Shown here: positions 39,158 to 47,575 of the stretch, piece by piece | Position numbering within the stretch: position 1 is the first letter of the stretch | Layout of the letters: each line of letters opens with the position of its first letter | From: a virus | Direction: 5' to 3' (one strand) | Virus record (IMG/VR): IMGVR_UViG_3300028392_000034 | Location: 64,001 to 128,000 of that record | DNA: 64,000 nucleotides | Notes under the pieces: model-generated | Seen by the model: the letters and a program-made list of their open reading frames with translations, nothing else | Database searches by the model: none | Told to the model about the DNA's origin: nothing | Made by a program: the position numbers and the translations under genes

Positions 39158-39430
39158 ATGTCCCAACTAAAAGAATACACATTAGAAATTTACCGAACTG
39201 ATCGACGTGTCAAAGCAGGTCGTCGTTTGTATGCCAAGCAGGATTTTGCACCTAGCACCAAGGACTACATCAATGCCGTGGCCGATGCTAAACGCGGTTT
39301 GGGTTTTGTTGTTGAAGTGTTTGAAACTTTTGTCACCAAGCAAAACCTAATAGGTGGTAAAGAATTCCAAGAGCGTTATGATACGCCTTACTTCTGCTCA
39401 CCCGCAAGCGAATCTTATTGGAGCATGTAA
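39158..39430 (+). CDS. Hypothetical early protein
   Basis: DTPYFCSPASESYWSM C-terminus; cassette SD. Confidence 0.7.
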   Translation: MSQLKEYTLEIYRTDRRVKAGRRLYAKQDFAPSTKDYINAVADAKRGLGFVVEVFETFVTKQNLIGGKEFQERYDTPYFCSPASESYWSM

Positions 39431-39431
39431 T

Positions 39432-39680
39432 ATGAAAGTTCGAGAACTTATTGAATCCCTGGGCTATATGAACCCTGATGCCGAAGTGCATTTCAGCTAC
39501 AACTATGGCGACCACTGGCGCACCGAAGTAGCCCCTGCGGTTAACCAAGTGTCTGAGGGCATTGTGGAGTTCAGCGACTATCACCGTATGGACAAACTGG
39601 TCACAGACGATGAGGATGTCTATGACGAAGAAACAGGCGACTACAAGACAGAAGTCCGTCGTGTGGTAGTAATAGGTTAA
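39432..39680 (+). CDS. Hypothetical early protein (MKVRELIESL...)
   Basis: In-operon ORF. Confidence 0.7.
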   Translation: MKVRELIESLGYMNPDAEVHFSYNYGDHWRTEVAPAVNQVSEGIVEFSDYHRMDKLVTDDEDVYDEETGDYKTEVRRVVVIG

Positions 39681-39704
39681 TAATTGATACACAAGGAGTC
39701 AGAA

Positions 39705-39929
39705 ATGATTGCAGTAAGAGATTATGGTATGTTCACAGATCGCGGCAATGCCGCAATTGGTGACTTGGTAAACTTTGCCAAGACTGCAGAATTGACTTGG
39801 CCCGAAACATATCAAATATTAGGAATCCTAAGCGAGTCTAACCCTGAGATCTATGGTGAAGCCATGGACACTGAAGTGCGTGAAATCGTTTATAGTCGTT
39901 GTAATTTTACCTCTGCCTTTTACTTCTAA
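39705..39929 (+). CDS. Hypothetical early protein
   Basis: AAGGAG SD; YGMFT..GN, EAMDTEVRE. Confidence 0.65.
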   Translation: MIAVRDYGMFTDRGNAAIGDLVNFAKTAELTWPETYQILGILSESNPEIYGEAMDTEVREIVYSRCNFTSAFYF

Positions 39930-39938
39930 GGAATAAAA

Positions 39939-40412
39939 ATGGGAACTCGTTCACGTATCGCAGTCATGCATGGTCCAATCGCAAAGTCTGTCTACTGTCA
40001 TTGGGACGGCTATCTGGAACACAATGGTGCTATTTTGCAAGAGCATTATGACTCAAGCAAAGCCAACCAACTGGTTGCCCTAGGCGACTTGAGTAGCCTA
40101 CGCCCTGAGATTGGTGTAAAGCATCCTTTCAGTTGCTTGGATGCTGAGGCTGGTAGCGACTATGAACAACGCTATGGCAACATGTGTACCTTTTACGATC
40201 GCGATCGCGGCGAAACAGAATGCACTTGGTCAGTAGATCATTCATTTGAAGACTTTTTGGACCGTACCAAGGGTTGCGGTGCTGAGTTTTACTATGTGAT
40301 GAAAGATGGTACATGGTATGTGGGTGACACTTATGGCTCAACGGCCTTAAGCAATAAGTTAACACCATTGGCAGAAGCACTTGAAGCAGTGAAGGAAGAA
40401 GTACCTGCATGA
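39939..40412 (+). CDS. Conserved phage protein (MGTRS...YCHWDGY family)
   Basis: Motif pattern; SD. Confidence 0.75.
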   Translation: MGTRSRIAVMHGPIAKSVYCHWDGYLEHNGAILQEHYDSSKANQLVALGDLSSLRPEIGVKHPFSCLDAEAGSDYEQRYGNMCTFYDRDRGETECTWSVDHSFEDFLDRTKGCGAEFYYVMKDGTWYVGDTYGSTALSNKLTPLAEALEAVKEEVPA

Positions 40413-40636
40413 AAACCACCAGGATCAACTGTGGCGCTTGGACATTGAGCAATGATGACGTTGAACAGGCTACCAAACTGTTTGGCCCCGGTGGTACTCA
40501 AGCAGACCGTCGTTGGTTCTATAGGTTACTCGACGATAGAGAATGGCGCAAAAAAGGTCGCTTAGACACGCAGCTGGTGTTGTATTTTCGCAACAGCGTA
40601 GATGCTGTGTTTTTTGCCCTAAAAAAGGGTGGTTGA
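40409..40636 (+). CDS. Small protein of the FxDxxDAxxFxLxW family
   Basis: LYFRNSVDAVFFALK. Confidence 0.55.
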   Translation: MKTTRINCGAWTLSNDDVEQATKLFGPGGTQADRRWFYRLLDDREWRKKGRLDTQLVLYFRNSVDAVFFALKKGG

Positions 40637-40685
40637 CCAGAAATGCCCGATTTGCTATAATACTTGTATAGAAACTAAAAAGGAG
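40631..40685 (+). promoter_or_regulatory. Early promoter-RBS cassette, copy 4
   Basis: Same 30-mer core. Confidence 0.85.
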
Positions 40686-40691
40686 CCCAGA

Positions 40692-40967
40692 ATGAAAACC
40701 ATTCAAGAAGTCAACCAAGCAATCATGTTCGGTAATTGGACCAATGTAGAACTGAGTAGCATGATCGATGCTGTCAAGTTTAACCGTGCCCGATTGACCA
40801 AGGACGTGAAGAATTCAATCAAGCCGGGTCAAATGGTCAAGTTTACATCAAGCCGTACCGGCAAGGTCATGGTAGGTGATGTGACCAAAATTGCCATCAA
40901 GTTTGTCACAGTTCGCACTCCATCTGGCTTGTGGAAGGTGCCGGCCAACATGTTGGAAGCCGCATAA
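40692..40967 (+). CDS. Hypothetical early protein (SH3-like C-terminus)
   Basis: Cassette SD; start MKTIQEV. Confidence 0.7.
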   Translation: MKTIQEVNQAIMFGNWTNVELSSMIDAVKFNRARLTKDVKNSIKPGQMVKFTSSRTGKVMVGDVTKIAIKFVTVRTPSGLWKVPANMLEAA

Positions 40968-40970
40968 AAC

Positions 40971-41025
40971 GGTTGACCAGAAACACCCATTTTTGTATAA
41001 TACTTGTATAGAAACTAAAAAGGAG
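40971..41025 (+). promoter_or_regulatory. Early promoter-RBS cassette, copy 5
   Basis: Same 30-mer core. Confidence 0.85.
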
Positions 41026-41031
41026 TTCAAG

Positions 41032-41379
41032 ATGTCAGTTACAGTTAACGGTATCAAAGTAGATGCAATTGTAGCCGAAGCCAAGTCAGCCGCTCGTGAA
41101 GCCGCTGAACGATTCTTCCAAGATAAACTAGGCGGCCGTGATCAGTTTGCTTGTGGCTTTGCTTGGGTTGACATTTTTGGTGTCAAAGGCAATACCAAAT
41201 TAGGCCGGGCTTTCAAAGAAGCCGGTGTCAGCAAGAGCCATACCGGTGCTTTCCAAATTTGGAATCCAGCAGGCATGTATGTTCAGAACGTGGACACACT
41301 GGAAGCCGGTGCAGAAGCAGCCGCTCAAGTGTTTAAGAAATACGGGTTCACAGCCTACGCTGGTAGCCGTTTAGATTAA
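41032..41379 (+). CDS. Conserved phage protein (CGFAWV...SRLD family)
   Basis: Cassette SD; motif pattern. Confidence 0.75.
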   Translation: MSVTVNGIKVDAIVAEAKSAAREAAERFFQDKLGGRDQFACGFAWVDIFGVKGNTKLGRAFKEAGVSKSHTGAFQIWNPAGMYVQNVDTLEAGAEAAAQVFKKYGFTAYAGSRLD

Positions 41380-41391
41380 TTGGAGTAACAT

Positions 41392-41580
41392 ATGAATAAA
41401 GTTTTTCTTATCGTGGCATTTGTGATATTGCTTATTATACTTGCACCAATTGCAACCATTTGGTCCTTGAATACCTTGTTTCCTGCCTTGGCAATACCCG
41501 TGACATTTGATACCTGGATGGCGTCACTGGTCCTAGGCGGTGTTGTAGGCGGCACAACTGGCGTTTCATTTAAGAAATAA
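41392..41580 (+). CDS. Small membrane protein
   Basis: Two hydrophobic segments; GGAG SD. Confidence 0.65.
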   Translation: MNKVFLIVAFVILLIILAPIATIWSLNTLFPALAIPVTFDTWMASLVLGGVVGGTTGVSFKK

Positions 41581-41581
41581 A

Positions 41582-41746
41582 ATGAACATAGATCAAGCCT
41601 GCGAAATCATGGAAGCCTATGCTGTGCAACAAGATTTAGAAGATCTAGAGGCAATTGAGCACATGGTCGAGAACTATCGTACATTAGATCCCAAAGTTCG
41701 TCAGGCATTGAAATTTTTTATGAACACCGCAAAGGAAATGGCATGA
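41582..41746 (+). CDS. Small hypothetical protein (54 aa)
   Basis: Fills the operon gap; ATGA-coupled to the next gene. Confidence 0.5.
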   Translation: MNIDQACEIMEAYAVQQDLEDLEAIEHMVENYRTLDPKVRQALKFFMNTAKEMA

Positions 41747-42396
41747 AAGCGAATCGCGATACAATGGCCGCAGTTGATGCCAACTTGCTCTGGGCTGCGG
41801 CTTGCACTGCCTTCCGTATCAACAACGGTTACTATAAGCAACCCGAAATGATCGGTGATCAGGTTGTGCGTTCACCCAATCGTGTTATTGTTGAGCGAGC
41901 TTTGTCTGACGCCAGTATGATTACTGATGCTGATCGTACTATGGGTGTGGACTGTCGTCGACACTTGGCCTCGGCTGTTACCTTGCAGGCCTTGCGAACC
42001 GAACTAAACGAATGGGCTAGGATAACTGCTCGAGTGTGCAGTTTGGATGAGATTACCAGCCGTTACGATATGAGTGTGATCACAGCCATGCCGCACGGTT
42101 ATGCTAGACAATTAAGAAAAGAATCAGTAGATGCTAGACTTGCTCGTTGTGATGGCCTGGTTGGCAAGGTAGGTGACAAGGTTGAGCTCACAGTAGAAGT
42201 GGTTCGCAGCAGCTACAGTGAAAAATTTAATACTTGGTTTATCACAGCCATTACTGACAACAATCATTCAGTTTACTTTTCGTATCGTGAGTCAATCGAA
42301 CCCGATACTCACACAACTATTCGTGGCACGGTGAAGCGACACAATAACCTGGCCACTCAACTCAACCGTGTCAAAGTGTTAGGAGTTTCCGAATGA
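41743..42396 (+). CDS. OB-fold domain protein
   Basis: VGKVGDKVEL...IRGTVKRH...TQLNRVK. Confidence 0.65.
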   Translation: MKANRDTMAAVDANLLWAAACTAFRINNGYYKQPEMIGDQVVRSPNRVIVERALSDASMITDADRTMGVDCRRHLASAVTLQALRTELNEWARITARVCSLDEITSRYDMSVITAMPHGYARQLRKESVDARLARCDGLVGKVGDKVELTVEVVRSSYSEKFNTWFITAITDNNHSVYFSYRESIEPDTHTTIRGTVKRHNNLATQLNRVKVLGVSE

Positions 42397-42521
42397 AAAC
42401 ATTTATCATTGGTGCCATTTTTGGTATCGTTCTCTGCACCGTGGGATTTTCGGGCATTGCTCGGATGTTTGATAACGGTGTATCCAAAGTTCAACAAGTA
42501 ACCAAAGAGGCAGCACAATGA
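42393..42521 (+). CDS. Small membrane peptide (42 aa)
   Basis: MKTFIIGAIFGIVLCTVGFSG...; AGGAG SD. Confidence 0.55.
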   Translation: MKTFIIGAIFGIVLCTVGFSGIARMFDNGVSKVQQVTKEAAQ

Positions 42522-42655
42522 AATCTTTAATTGTCATTGCAATGATTGGTCTATTGACCGCGTGTAACACCGTGTCGGGTCTTGGTAAAGATCTGTCCGG
42601 CAGCGCAGAATGGACCAAAGACAAAATCAGCAAAAAAGAATTTAATCAAAAGTGA
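42518..42655 (+). CDS. Entericidin EcnA/B-like lipoprotein (45 aa)
   Basis: Lipobox LTAC followed by NTVSGLGKD. Confidence 0.75.
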   Translation: MKSLIVIAMIGLLTACNTVSGLGKDLSGSAEWTKDKISKKEFNQK

Positions 42656-42787
42656 TACTTTTGGTTAACCGGAATCTACATTATGGTTGACATTCAAACA
42701 ACAGTCCGCTATAATATGGATATGCTAAACAATTTAGCATGTGTATTTTAAATCAACTTTTTAACAGGCAACAACGAAAGGCAACTT

Positions 42788-43120
42788 ATGTCGCAAGATA
42801 AACTTTTTACCGTAGCAGGTACCGCAACTAATTCTAACGGAACAGTGAAAGCTCGTTTCGCTAACGACTTGGTGGCTCGTATCAAGATCCTGAACAAAGC
42901 AGGATGCACCAACATCAATTTGGTTGAGCTCCCAAGCCCAATGACCAAATTGCAAGCTCTCCAGCATTTGCAGAGCTTGGGCATTACCGAAGGTGATGCT
43001 GGTTATGCTGTAGCCAACAAATTGGCTGAGAAGACCAAGGTCGCCAAGAAAGGCGAAGTCAAAGTAGCAGGCGCTAGTATCAAGGCCACTGCAAAAACTT
43101 CAGCCAAAGTAACGGCTTAA
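42788..43120 (+). CDS. Hypothetical basic protein
   Basis: Promoter TTGACA-17-TATAAT at 42687-42715; Lys/Ala-rich tail. Confidence 0.7.
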   Translation: MSQDKLFTVAGTATNSNGTVKARFANDLVARIKILNKAGCTNINLVELPSPMTKLQALQHLQSLGITEGDAGYAVANKLAEKTKVAKKGEVKVAGASIKATAKTSAKVTA

Positions 43121-43162
43121 TAGGTACCAGGGGCAGTGCCAATAAGTCCCCTAACTTATACC

Positions 43163-43447
43163 ATGAACAAGATACTTGCAGTATCTTTTCTTTTTTTGTT
43201 ATCCGGTTGTGCGGCTCCATTGGTGTGGACCGGGCTAGGCGTGTCGAGTGTGGTCGTTAACGAAACCACAGGCAAAGGCATTGCTGATCATACTGCCAGT
43301 GCAGTAACGCAACAAGACTGTAGACTTCCTAGGGCACTCAATAATCAATCCATTTGTCAAGATCCTGCATTAACCAAAATACAATTAACTACAACTGGCA
43401 CCAAGCCATCTACAGTTAGCGAAATTGAGTTGAGATATCGTCAATAA
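43163..43447 (+). CDS. Putative lipoprotein
   Basis: MNKILAVSFLFLLSGC lipobox. Confidence 0.7.
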   Translation: MNKILAVSFLFLLSGCAAPLVWTGLGVSSVVVNETTGKGIADHTASAVTQQDCRLPRALNNQSICQDPALTKIQLTTTGTKPSTVSEIELRYRQ

Positions 43448-43474
43448 CTTGATCATTTGAGCTAAGTATGTTGT

Positions 43475-43705
43475 ATGTTAGACGACCTTGATTATCCCAT
43501 TAGGATGGCCATTAACCAACTGTTGTTGGTTTTGTATCAGCAAGGTATTACGGAAATTCACACAGGCGGACTCATGCGCTTGTTAGGAGTTCCAAACGAA
43601 GTTTCACAAGAGTATGACGATGAGCGTATACTGTTAGATGACGACTTTGTTAAACATGTGAGTGAATTTGGTTCACCAAGATCTTCGGATCAATCTTTAC
43701 ATTAA
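43475..43705 (+). CDS. Hypothetical protein
   Basis: ORF after TAAGTA element. Confidence 0.6.
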   Translation: MLDDLDYPIRMAINQLLLVLYQQGITEIHTGGLMRLLGVPNEVSQEYDDERILLDDDFVKHVSEFGSPRSSDQSLH

Positions 43706-43947
43706 TGACTGCACCTTCAAATAAAAATGGGGACGCCCTATATACGGTAATCTTACGGGCACCTGACGCAAAAAGCCAACTGACTCGATGGATCAATACT
43801 AGCCGAAACATACGGGCTCGTGTTGACGACAATCGTATGCACATCTATAATCAAAATACTTTGAGCCTGTTTATGGTCACTTGGACACATGGTTGGGACA
43901 ACATGGTCATTTGGGATGCCTGGACAAAACGGCATATTAGTCTTTGA
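43705..43947 (+). CDS. Hypothetical protein
   Basis: Stop/start overlap. Confidence 0.6.
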   Translation: MTAPSNKNGDALYTVILRAPDAKSQLTRWINTSRNIRARVDDNRMHIYNQNTLSLFMVTWTHGWDNMVIWDAWTKRHISL

Positions 43948-44019
43948 TATTTCTTGACATCGTGTCTTTATAGTGTATAATTAAAGGGTGCTTAGGCACT
44001 TTATTATAAAGGAAATACA

Positions 44020-44208
44020 ATGTCACAAAACCATGACGCAATCAAAACAGCGTTTGATAACTATCTTACCGAAAACGAAAAGTTCACAGCCAAGGGTGTT
44101 AAAGCTGCCGCGGCTCGTGCTAGAAAAGCCTTGCAAGAAATGAGCAAAGCAATCAAAGAACGTCGTAAAGAAATCACAGTAGAAAAAGAAGCTCTAGCCG
44201 CAAAATAA
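44020..44208 (+). CDS. Histone H1-like (Hc1-type) DNA-binding protein
   Basis: KF..KGVKAAAARARKALQEM...RRKEI. Confidence 0.75.
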   Translation: MSQNHDAIKTAFDNYLTENEKFTAKGVKAAAARARKALQEMSKAIKERRKEITVEKEALAAK

Positions 44209-44209
44209 C

Positions 44210-44380
44210 ATGCGGTATAGTTCTATTACAACTATAGTAGAAGACCCTGATCACCCAGGCGAAATGTTATTGCTCCTGGGTGATGAGCTCTGCGAACACA
44301 TGGAGTGGACGGAAGGTGATGTTCTAGAGTGGATAGATAACAAGGACGGCACATGGACCTTACGCAAGAAAAAACCTTAG
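44210..44380 (+). CDS. AbrB/MazE-like small protein (56 aa)
   Basis: GEMLLLLGDELCEHMEWTEGDVLEWIDNKDGTWTLRK. Confidence 0.6.
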   Translation: MRYSSITTIVEDPDHPGEMLLLLGDELCEHMEWTEGDVLEWIDNKDGTWTLRKKKP

Positions 44381-44886
44381 ACGAGCTCGTCTCTGAGCTT
44401 AACGATACTGTCACAATATCGTTAGACGGCTACTATAAAAAAACCAACGGATGGGCCGATCCACAATATGGTGCTATTCCGCCGTTGACTGTGAGCAATA
44501 TTGATGGCAACATCAACGGAACCACTTACAGCAACATTAGTCTTACCGGAAGTCCGTTTACATTTAGTAATACTGCTGGGCATGTTTGGACCACCGGAAC
44601 TACTAGCCCATACACTGTTAACAGTCCTTACACCATGAATCAAAGTGGTAAAGTTGTTATTCAAGGCGATAATGCCGATCTTGTGATAGGCGAAAAAAGT
44701 ATGCGAGATTGGATGGAACGGGTTGAGGAACGATTGAACATCCTAACACCTAACACCAAATTGGAAGAGGAATGGGAAGAACTCCGTGCTCTGGGCGAAC
44801 AGTATCGTCAACTTGAACAGCACATCAAAGATAAACAGGCCACATGGGACCGTTTGAAGGCCATGCCACCGCCAGTGACAGAGTAA
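44353..44886 (+). CDS. Hypothetical protein
   Basis: Thr-rich middle; ERLNIL.PN..LE..W.EL C-terminus. Confidence 0.65.
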   Translation: MDLTQEKTLDELVSELNDTVTISLDGYYKKTNGWADPQYGAIPPLTVSNIDGNINGTTYSNISLTGSPFTFSNTAGHVWTTGTTSPYTVNSPYTMNQSGKVVIQGDNADLVIGEKSMRDWMERVEERLNILTPNTKLEEEWEELRALGEQYRQLEQHIKDKQATWDRLKAMPPPVTE

Positions 44887-44960
44887 TATGCCCAGTTAAC
44901 GGCAAAAACCTATCAAAAATCGTAGATCTTTGCCGGCATAGGGTGTATAATAATAAGTAT

Positions 44961-45240
44961 TTTAGAGAGTAGAATACACAACCAAGCTAACAGATGTTTA
45001 GCGTAGGATTATAATCTTAGATCTACTCCACAACGGATGGACCAGTGCCGCAAAGCTGGTCTTTTTTAGAGAGGGCTTCGGAAATCCTCTTCATTGACAA
45101 ACGGTCCGAATTGGCCAGCAACAACAGTCAATTCGGAGAATATGGCACTGAGGCCCGAGGTCTTTTGTCGAATCTACAGCCACCGTCAATGCGCTCATCC
45201 TGGGCACCTCCGCTGACACGCACAGTCTTGTGATGAGGAG
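44961..45240 (+). ncRNA. Candidate structured non-coding RNA or leader
   Basis: Multiple nested complementary segments in a ~350 nt intergenic gap (see findings). Confidence 0.5.
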
Positions 45241-45246
45241 AAGGCA

Positions 45247-45807
45247 TTGAAATTAAATTCGATAACTGACGTAGGTAACAAAATTTTTCAATTTTGTGGT
45301 TTTATGATTGTGATGTTTGCTGTAATCACAGTAACACAATATAAATTAGATATCCTAAAAGTAACAAACGAAACAGCTCGACAAGGTTTTATCAGCGTCG
45401 AGGACAGAACCAGACAACTGGCCTGTTTAACCAAAAACATCTATTGGGAAAGTGCAAGCGAACCTTTTGAAGGTAAGGTCGCTGTAGCCCAAGTCACTAT
45501 TAACCGTGTAGACAGCGGCAAATTTGCATCCGATATTTGCGGTGTGGTTTATCAAAAGAACATGGTCTTAGGCCGAGAAGTTTGCCAATTCAGTTGGATG
45601 TGTGACGGATCCAGTCGAATTAGACCCATTTATCCAGCCTATTGGAAAGAGTCAGAAGAAGTGGCTAAAAAAGTATTACTAGAAGGTTTTAGACTACCCG
45701 GCTTGAAGAATGCTCTGTATTTTCATGCAGACTATGTTCAAGCTCAATGGGGCAAACCACAAGTGGCCAAAATTGGTCGACACGTATTTTATTCAGAGAG
45801 GATATAA
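45247..45807 (+). CDS. Cell wall hydrolase (SleB / Hydrolase_2) with N-terminal TM anchor
   Basis: CLTKNIYWES..EPFEGKVAVAQVTINRV, ICGVVYQ, CQFSW, ALYFHADY, IGRHVFY; TTG start with GAGGAG SD. Confidence 0.92.
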   Translation: MKLNSITDVGNKIFQFCGFMIVMFAVITVTQYKLDILKVTNETARQGFISVEDRTRQLACLTKNIYWESASEPFEGKVAVAQVTINRVDSGKFASDICGVVYQKNMVLGREVCQFSWMCDGSSRIRPIYPAYWKESEEVAKKVLLEGFRLPGLKNALYFHADYVQAQWGKPQVAKIGRHVFYSERI

Positions 45808-45809
45808 AC

Positions 45810-46121
45810 ATGGAAAAACTCGACGGTTGGATCAAGTGTGCAAGAGCATGGTTAGATCAGCAATTGCCCAAAGTAAGTGCCGATACGCTAGGGTGGTTGG
45901 CTGTGATCTTAATGCATTCCGCTACCATTCCTTCTTTGATAGCGTTATTAACCGGGTTAAGTGATCGCACTCCGGGCCTAGATATTGTGCTGTTCATTTG
46001 GGCCGGCCTGTTGTTGTTGTTTGGTCGAGCCATTGTGCTCAAGGACACCTTAAACATTGTCACAATAGGTGTTGGGTTTATAATACAAGCCGTCATAATG
46101 GCTGTGATCTTGTTCAAATAA
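45810..46121 (+). CDS. Three-TM membrane protein (holin candidate)
   Basis: Three hydrophobic helices, adjacent to the hydrolase. Confidence 0.5.
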   Translation: MEKLDGWIKCARAWLDQQLPKVSADTLGWLAVILMHSATIPSLIALLTGLSDRTPGLDIVLFIWAGLLLLFGRAIVLKDTLNIVTIGVGFIIQAVIMAVILFK

Positions 46122-46159
46122 ACGGTTGACCTGCGCCCAATTATCTGCTATAATACAGT

Positions 46160-46390
46160 ATGATTAAGATTTCTCAGGGTCGATCCTATAAAACTTTGCG
46201 TCCAAGTGACCCAGATTTTACATTCTCGCCTGATGGCTTTACACTGGTGTCACGAGCCGCAATTGAAATCAGTCAGCGATGTCCAGAAAACTATCAAGAT
46301 CTTATACAGGAATGCATTCGTCACGGTTGGCTCAAACCTGTGGCCTATATGCGTGATACCGAATACACTATGGAGTTATTACAAAAATGA
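46160..46390 (+). CDS. Hypothetical protein (leaderless)
   Basis: TTGACC-17-TATAAT ending 5 nt before the ATG. Confidence 0.65.
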   Translation: MIKISQGRSYKTLRPSDPDFTFSPDGFTLVSRAAIEISQRCPENYQDLIQECIRHGWLKPVAYMRDTEYTMELLQK

Positions 46391-46776
46391 CCATGCACCT
46401 AGTAGGCCCGTATCTTAGTCTCAACGGCAAAAAGAAAGGCCGAGTGAAATTTCGCAACGCCGACGAAGCTCGTAAATCACGTGAGCTCGATGCATCATGG
46501 CAAGAGTTAAAAAAGAAGTGGGAAGTAGACGCAGACGAGAAAAAACGTAGCCGGGCCTTAAAGGCCGAGCCACTCGATTATAAATTGTCCGCGCCCGCCG
46601 GCCGTTTTACCACACATCATATTCCCAGTCGCAACACTGGTGGCAATGCTACTCTAGCACCGGCCAAAGTTTACACAGGTACCAAAGTCAAAGGGATCGC
46701 TACCATGCACAAGTCAAATGCTGTTCCGGTATTTTCAGATGAGGAAGCCAAAGATATAAGTAAAATGCGTCGCTAA
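46387..46776 (+). CDS. Conserved T4-like phage hypothetical protein
   Basis: YTGT.VKGIATMHKSNAVPV...MRR. Confidence 0.7.
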   Translation: MTMHLVGPYLSLNGKKKGRVKFRNADEARKSRELDASWQELKKKWEVDADEKKRSRALKAEPLDYKLSAPAGRFTTHHIPSRNTGGNATLAPAKVYTGTKVKGIATMHKSNAVPVFSDEEAKDISKMRR

Positions 46777-46794
46777 AATGAAAGAACTTATTAA

Positions 46795-47013
46795 TTGAGC
46801 AAAGAAGATGTAATAAAAATGGAAGGGGTTGTAGCAGAAGTTTTACCCAATACCATGTTTCGTATCAAAATGGAAAACTTTGAAAAGCCTGTGCTGGCCA
46901 ACCTCAGTGGTCGTATGCGTAAAAACAACATCAAGGTCCTGATGGGCGACAGTGTAGAAATGGAATTTAGTCCCTACGATCTAACCCGTGGTCGTATTAC
47001 TCGCCGTAGATAA
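46795..47013 (+). CDS. infA: Translation initiation factor IF-1
   Basis: [17 protein letters not shown]...[23 protein letters not shown]. Confidence 0.95.
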   Translation: MSKEDVIKMEGVVAEVLPNTMFRIKMENFEKPVLANLSGRMRKNNIKVLMGDSVEMEFSPYDLTRGRITRRR

Positions 47014-47020
47014 ATACCCT

Positions 47021-47575
47021 ATGCATGTTAGTATAAGACAAGATATTGAATTATTAGAAGCTTCGACTCGGCCAGCCAAGTTGGAAACCACACCTTTGCC
47101 CTACACACACAAGGCGTTGGAGCCTGTAATGAGCCCGGCTACAATTGAATACCATTACGAGCATTTGGCCAAAGGCTATGCCAAACGCTACAATGCGGGT
47201 GAAGGCAATGCAGATTTTAACCGTGCTGGTAGTTTTTTACATAATAAATTTTTTCCACAACTTCGAGAACCCAAAGGAGCTAATCGCCCCAAAGGCGCTG
47301 TGCTAGAACTAATTGAAACCAACTTCGAAACCTACGAAGATTTTAAAGCGGCGTTCAAAGAAGTCGCGATGAAGATTCAAGGATCAGGCTGGGTATATCT
47401 CAGCACCGCGGGCACAATTAAAACCATTCCAAACCATCAGGTTAGGACAGATATTTGTGTGCTAGTGGACTGGTGGGAACACGCATGGAGCCTAGATTAC
47501 CAATGGGACAAAGAGCGTTATCTAGATAACATCTGGAAAATTATTGACTGGAACGTTTGCAACGAAAGAATATGA
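47021..47575 (+). CDS. sod: Fe/Mn superoxide dismutase
   Basis: LPY...LEP, EYHY, LHNKFF, GSGW, DWWEHAW. Confidence 0.92.
   Translation: MHVSIRQDIELLEASTRPAKLETTPLPYTHKALEPVMSPATIEYHYEHLAKGYAKRYNAGEGNADFNRAGSFLHNKFFPQLREPKGANRPKGAVLELIETNFETYEDFKAAFKEVAMKIQGSGWVYLSTAGTIKTIPNHQVRTDICVLVDWWEHAWSLDYQWDKERYLDNIWKIIDWNVCNERI

Noticed and set aside
39096-41025. Repeated ~30-bp sequence as a CRISPR array
   Set aside because: Spacing is hundreds to thousands of bp with genes in between; the repeat is a -10 box plus SD; no cas genes are present.
40629-41031. Extended N-termini of ORFs 40629 and 40891 (shared VDQK...YNTCIETKKE peptide)
   Set aside because: This is a translation of the promoter cassette; the true starts follow the SD at 40692 and 41032.
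44967-45033. Canonical tRNA or tmRNA
   Set aside because: It has an acceptor-like stem but no TTCRA T-loop, D-arm or CCA end; kept only as part of the candidate ncRNA.
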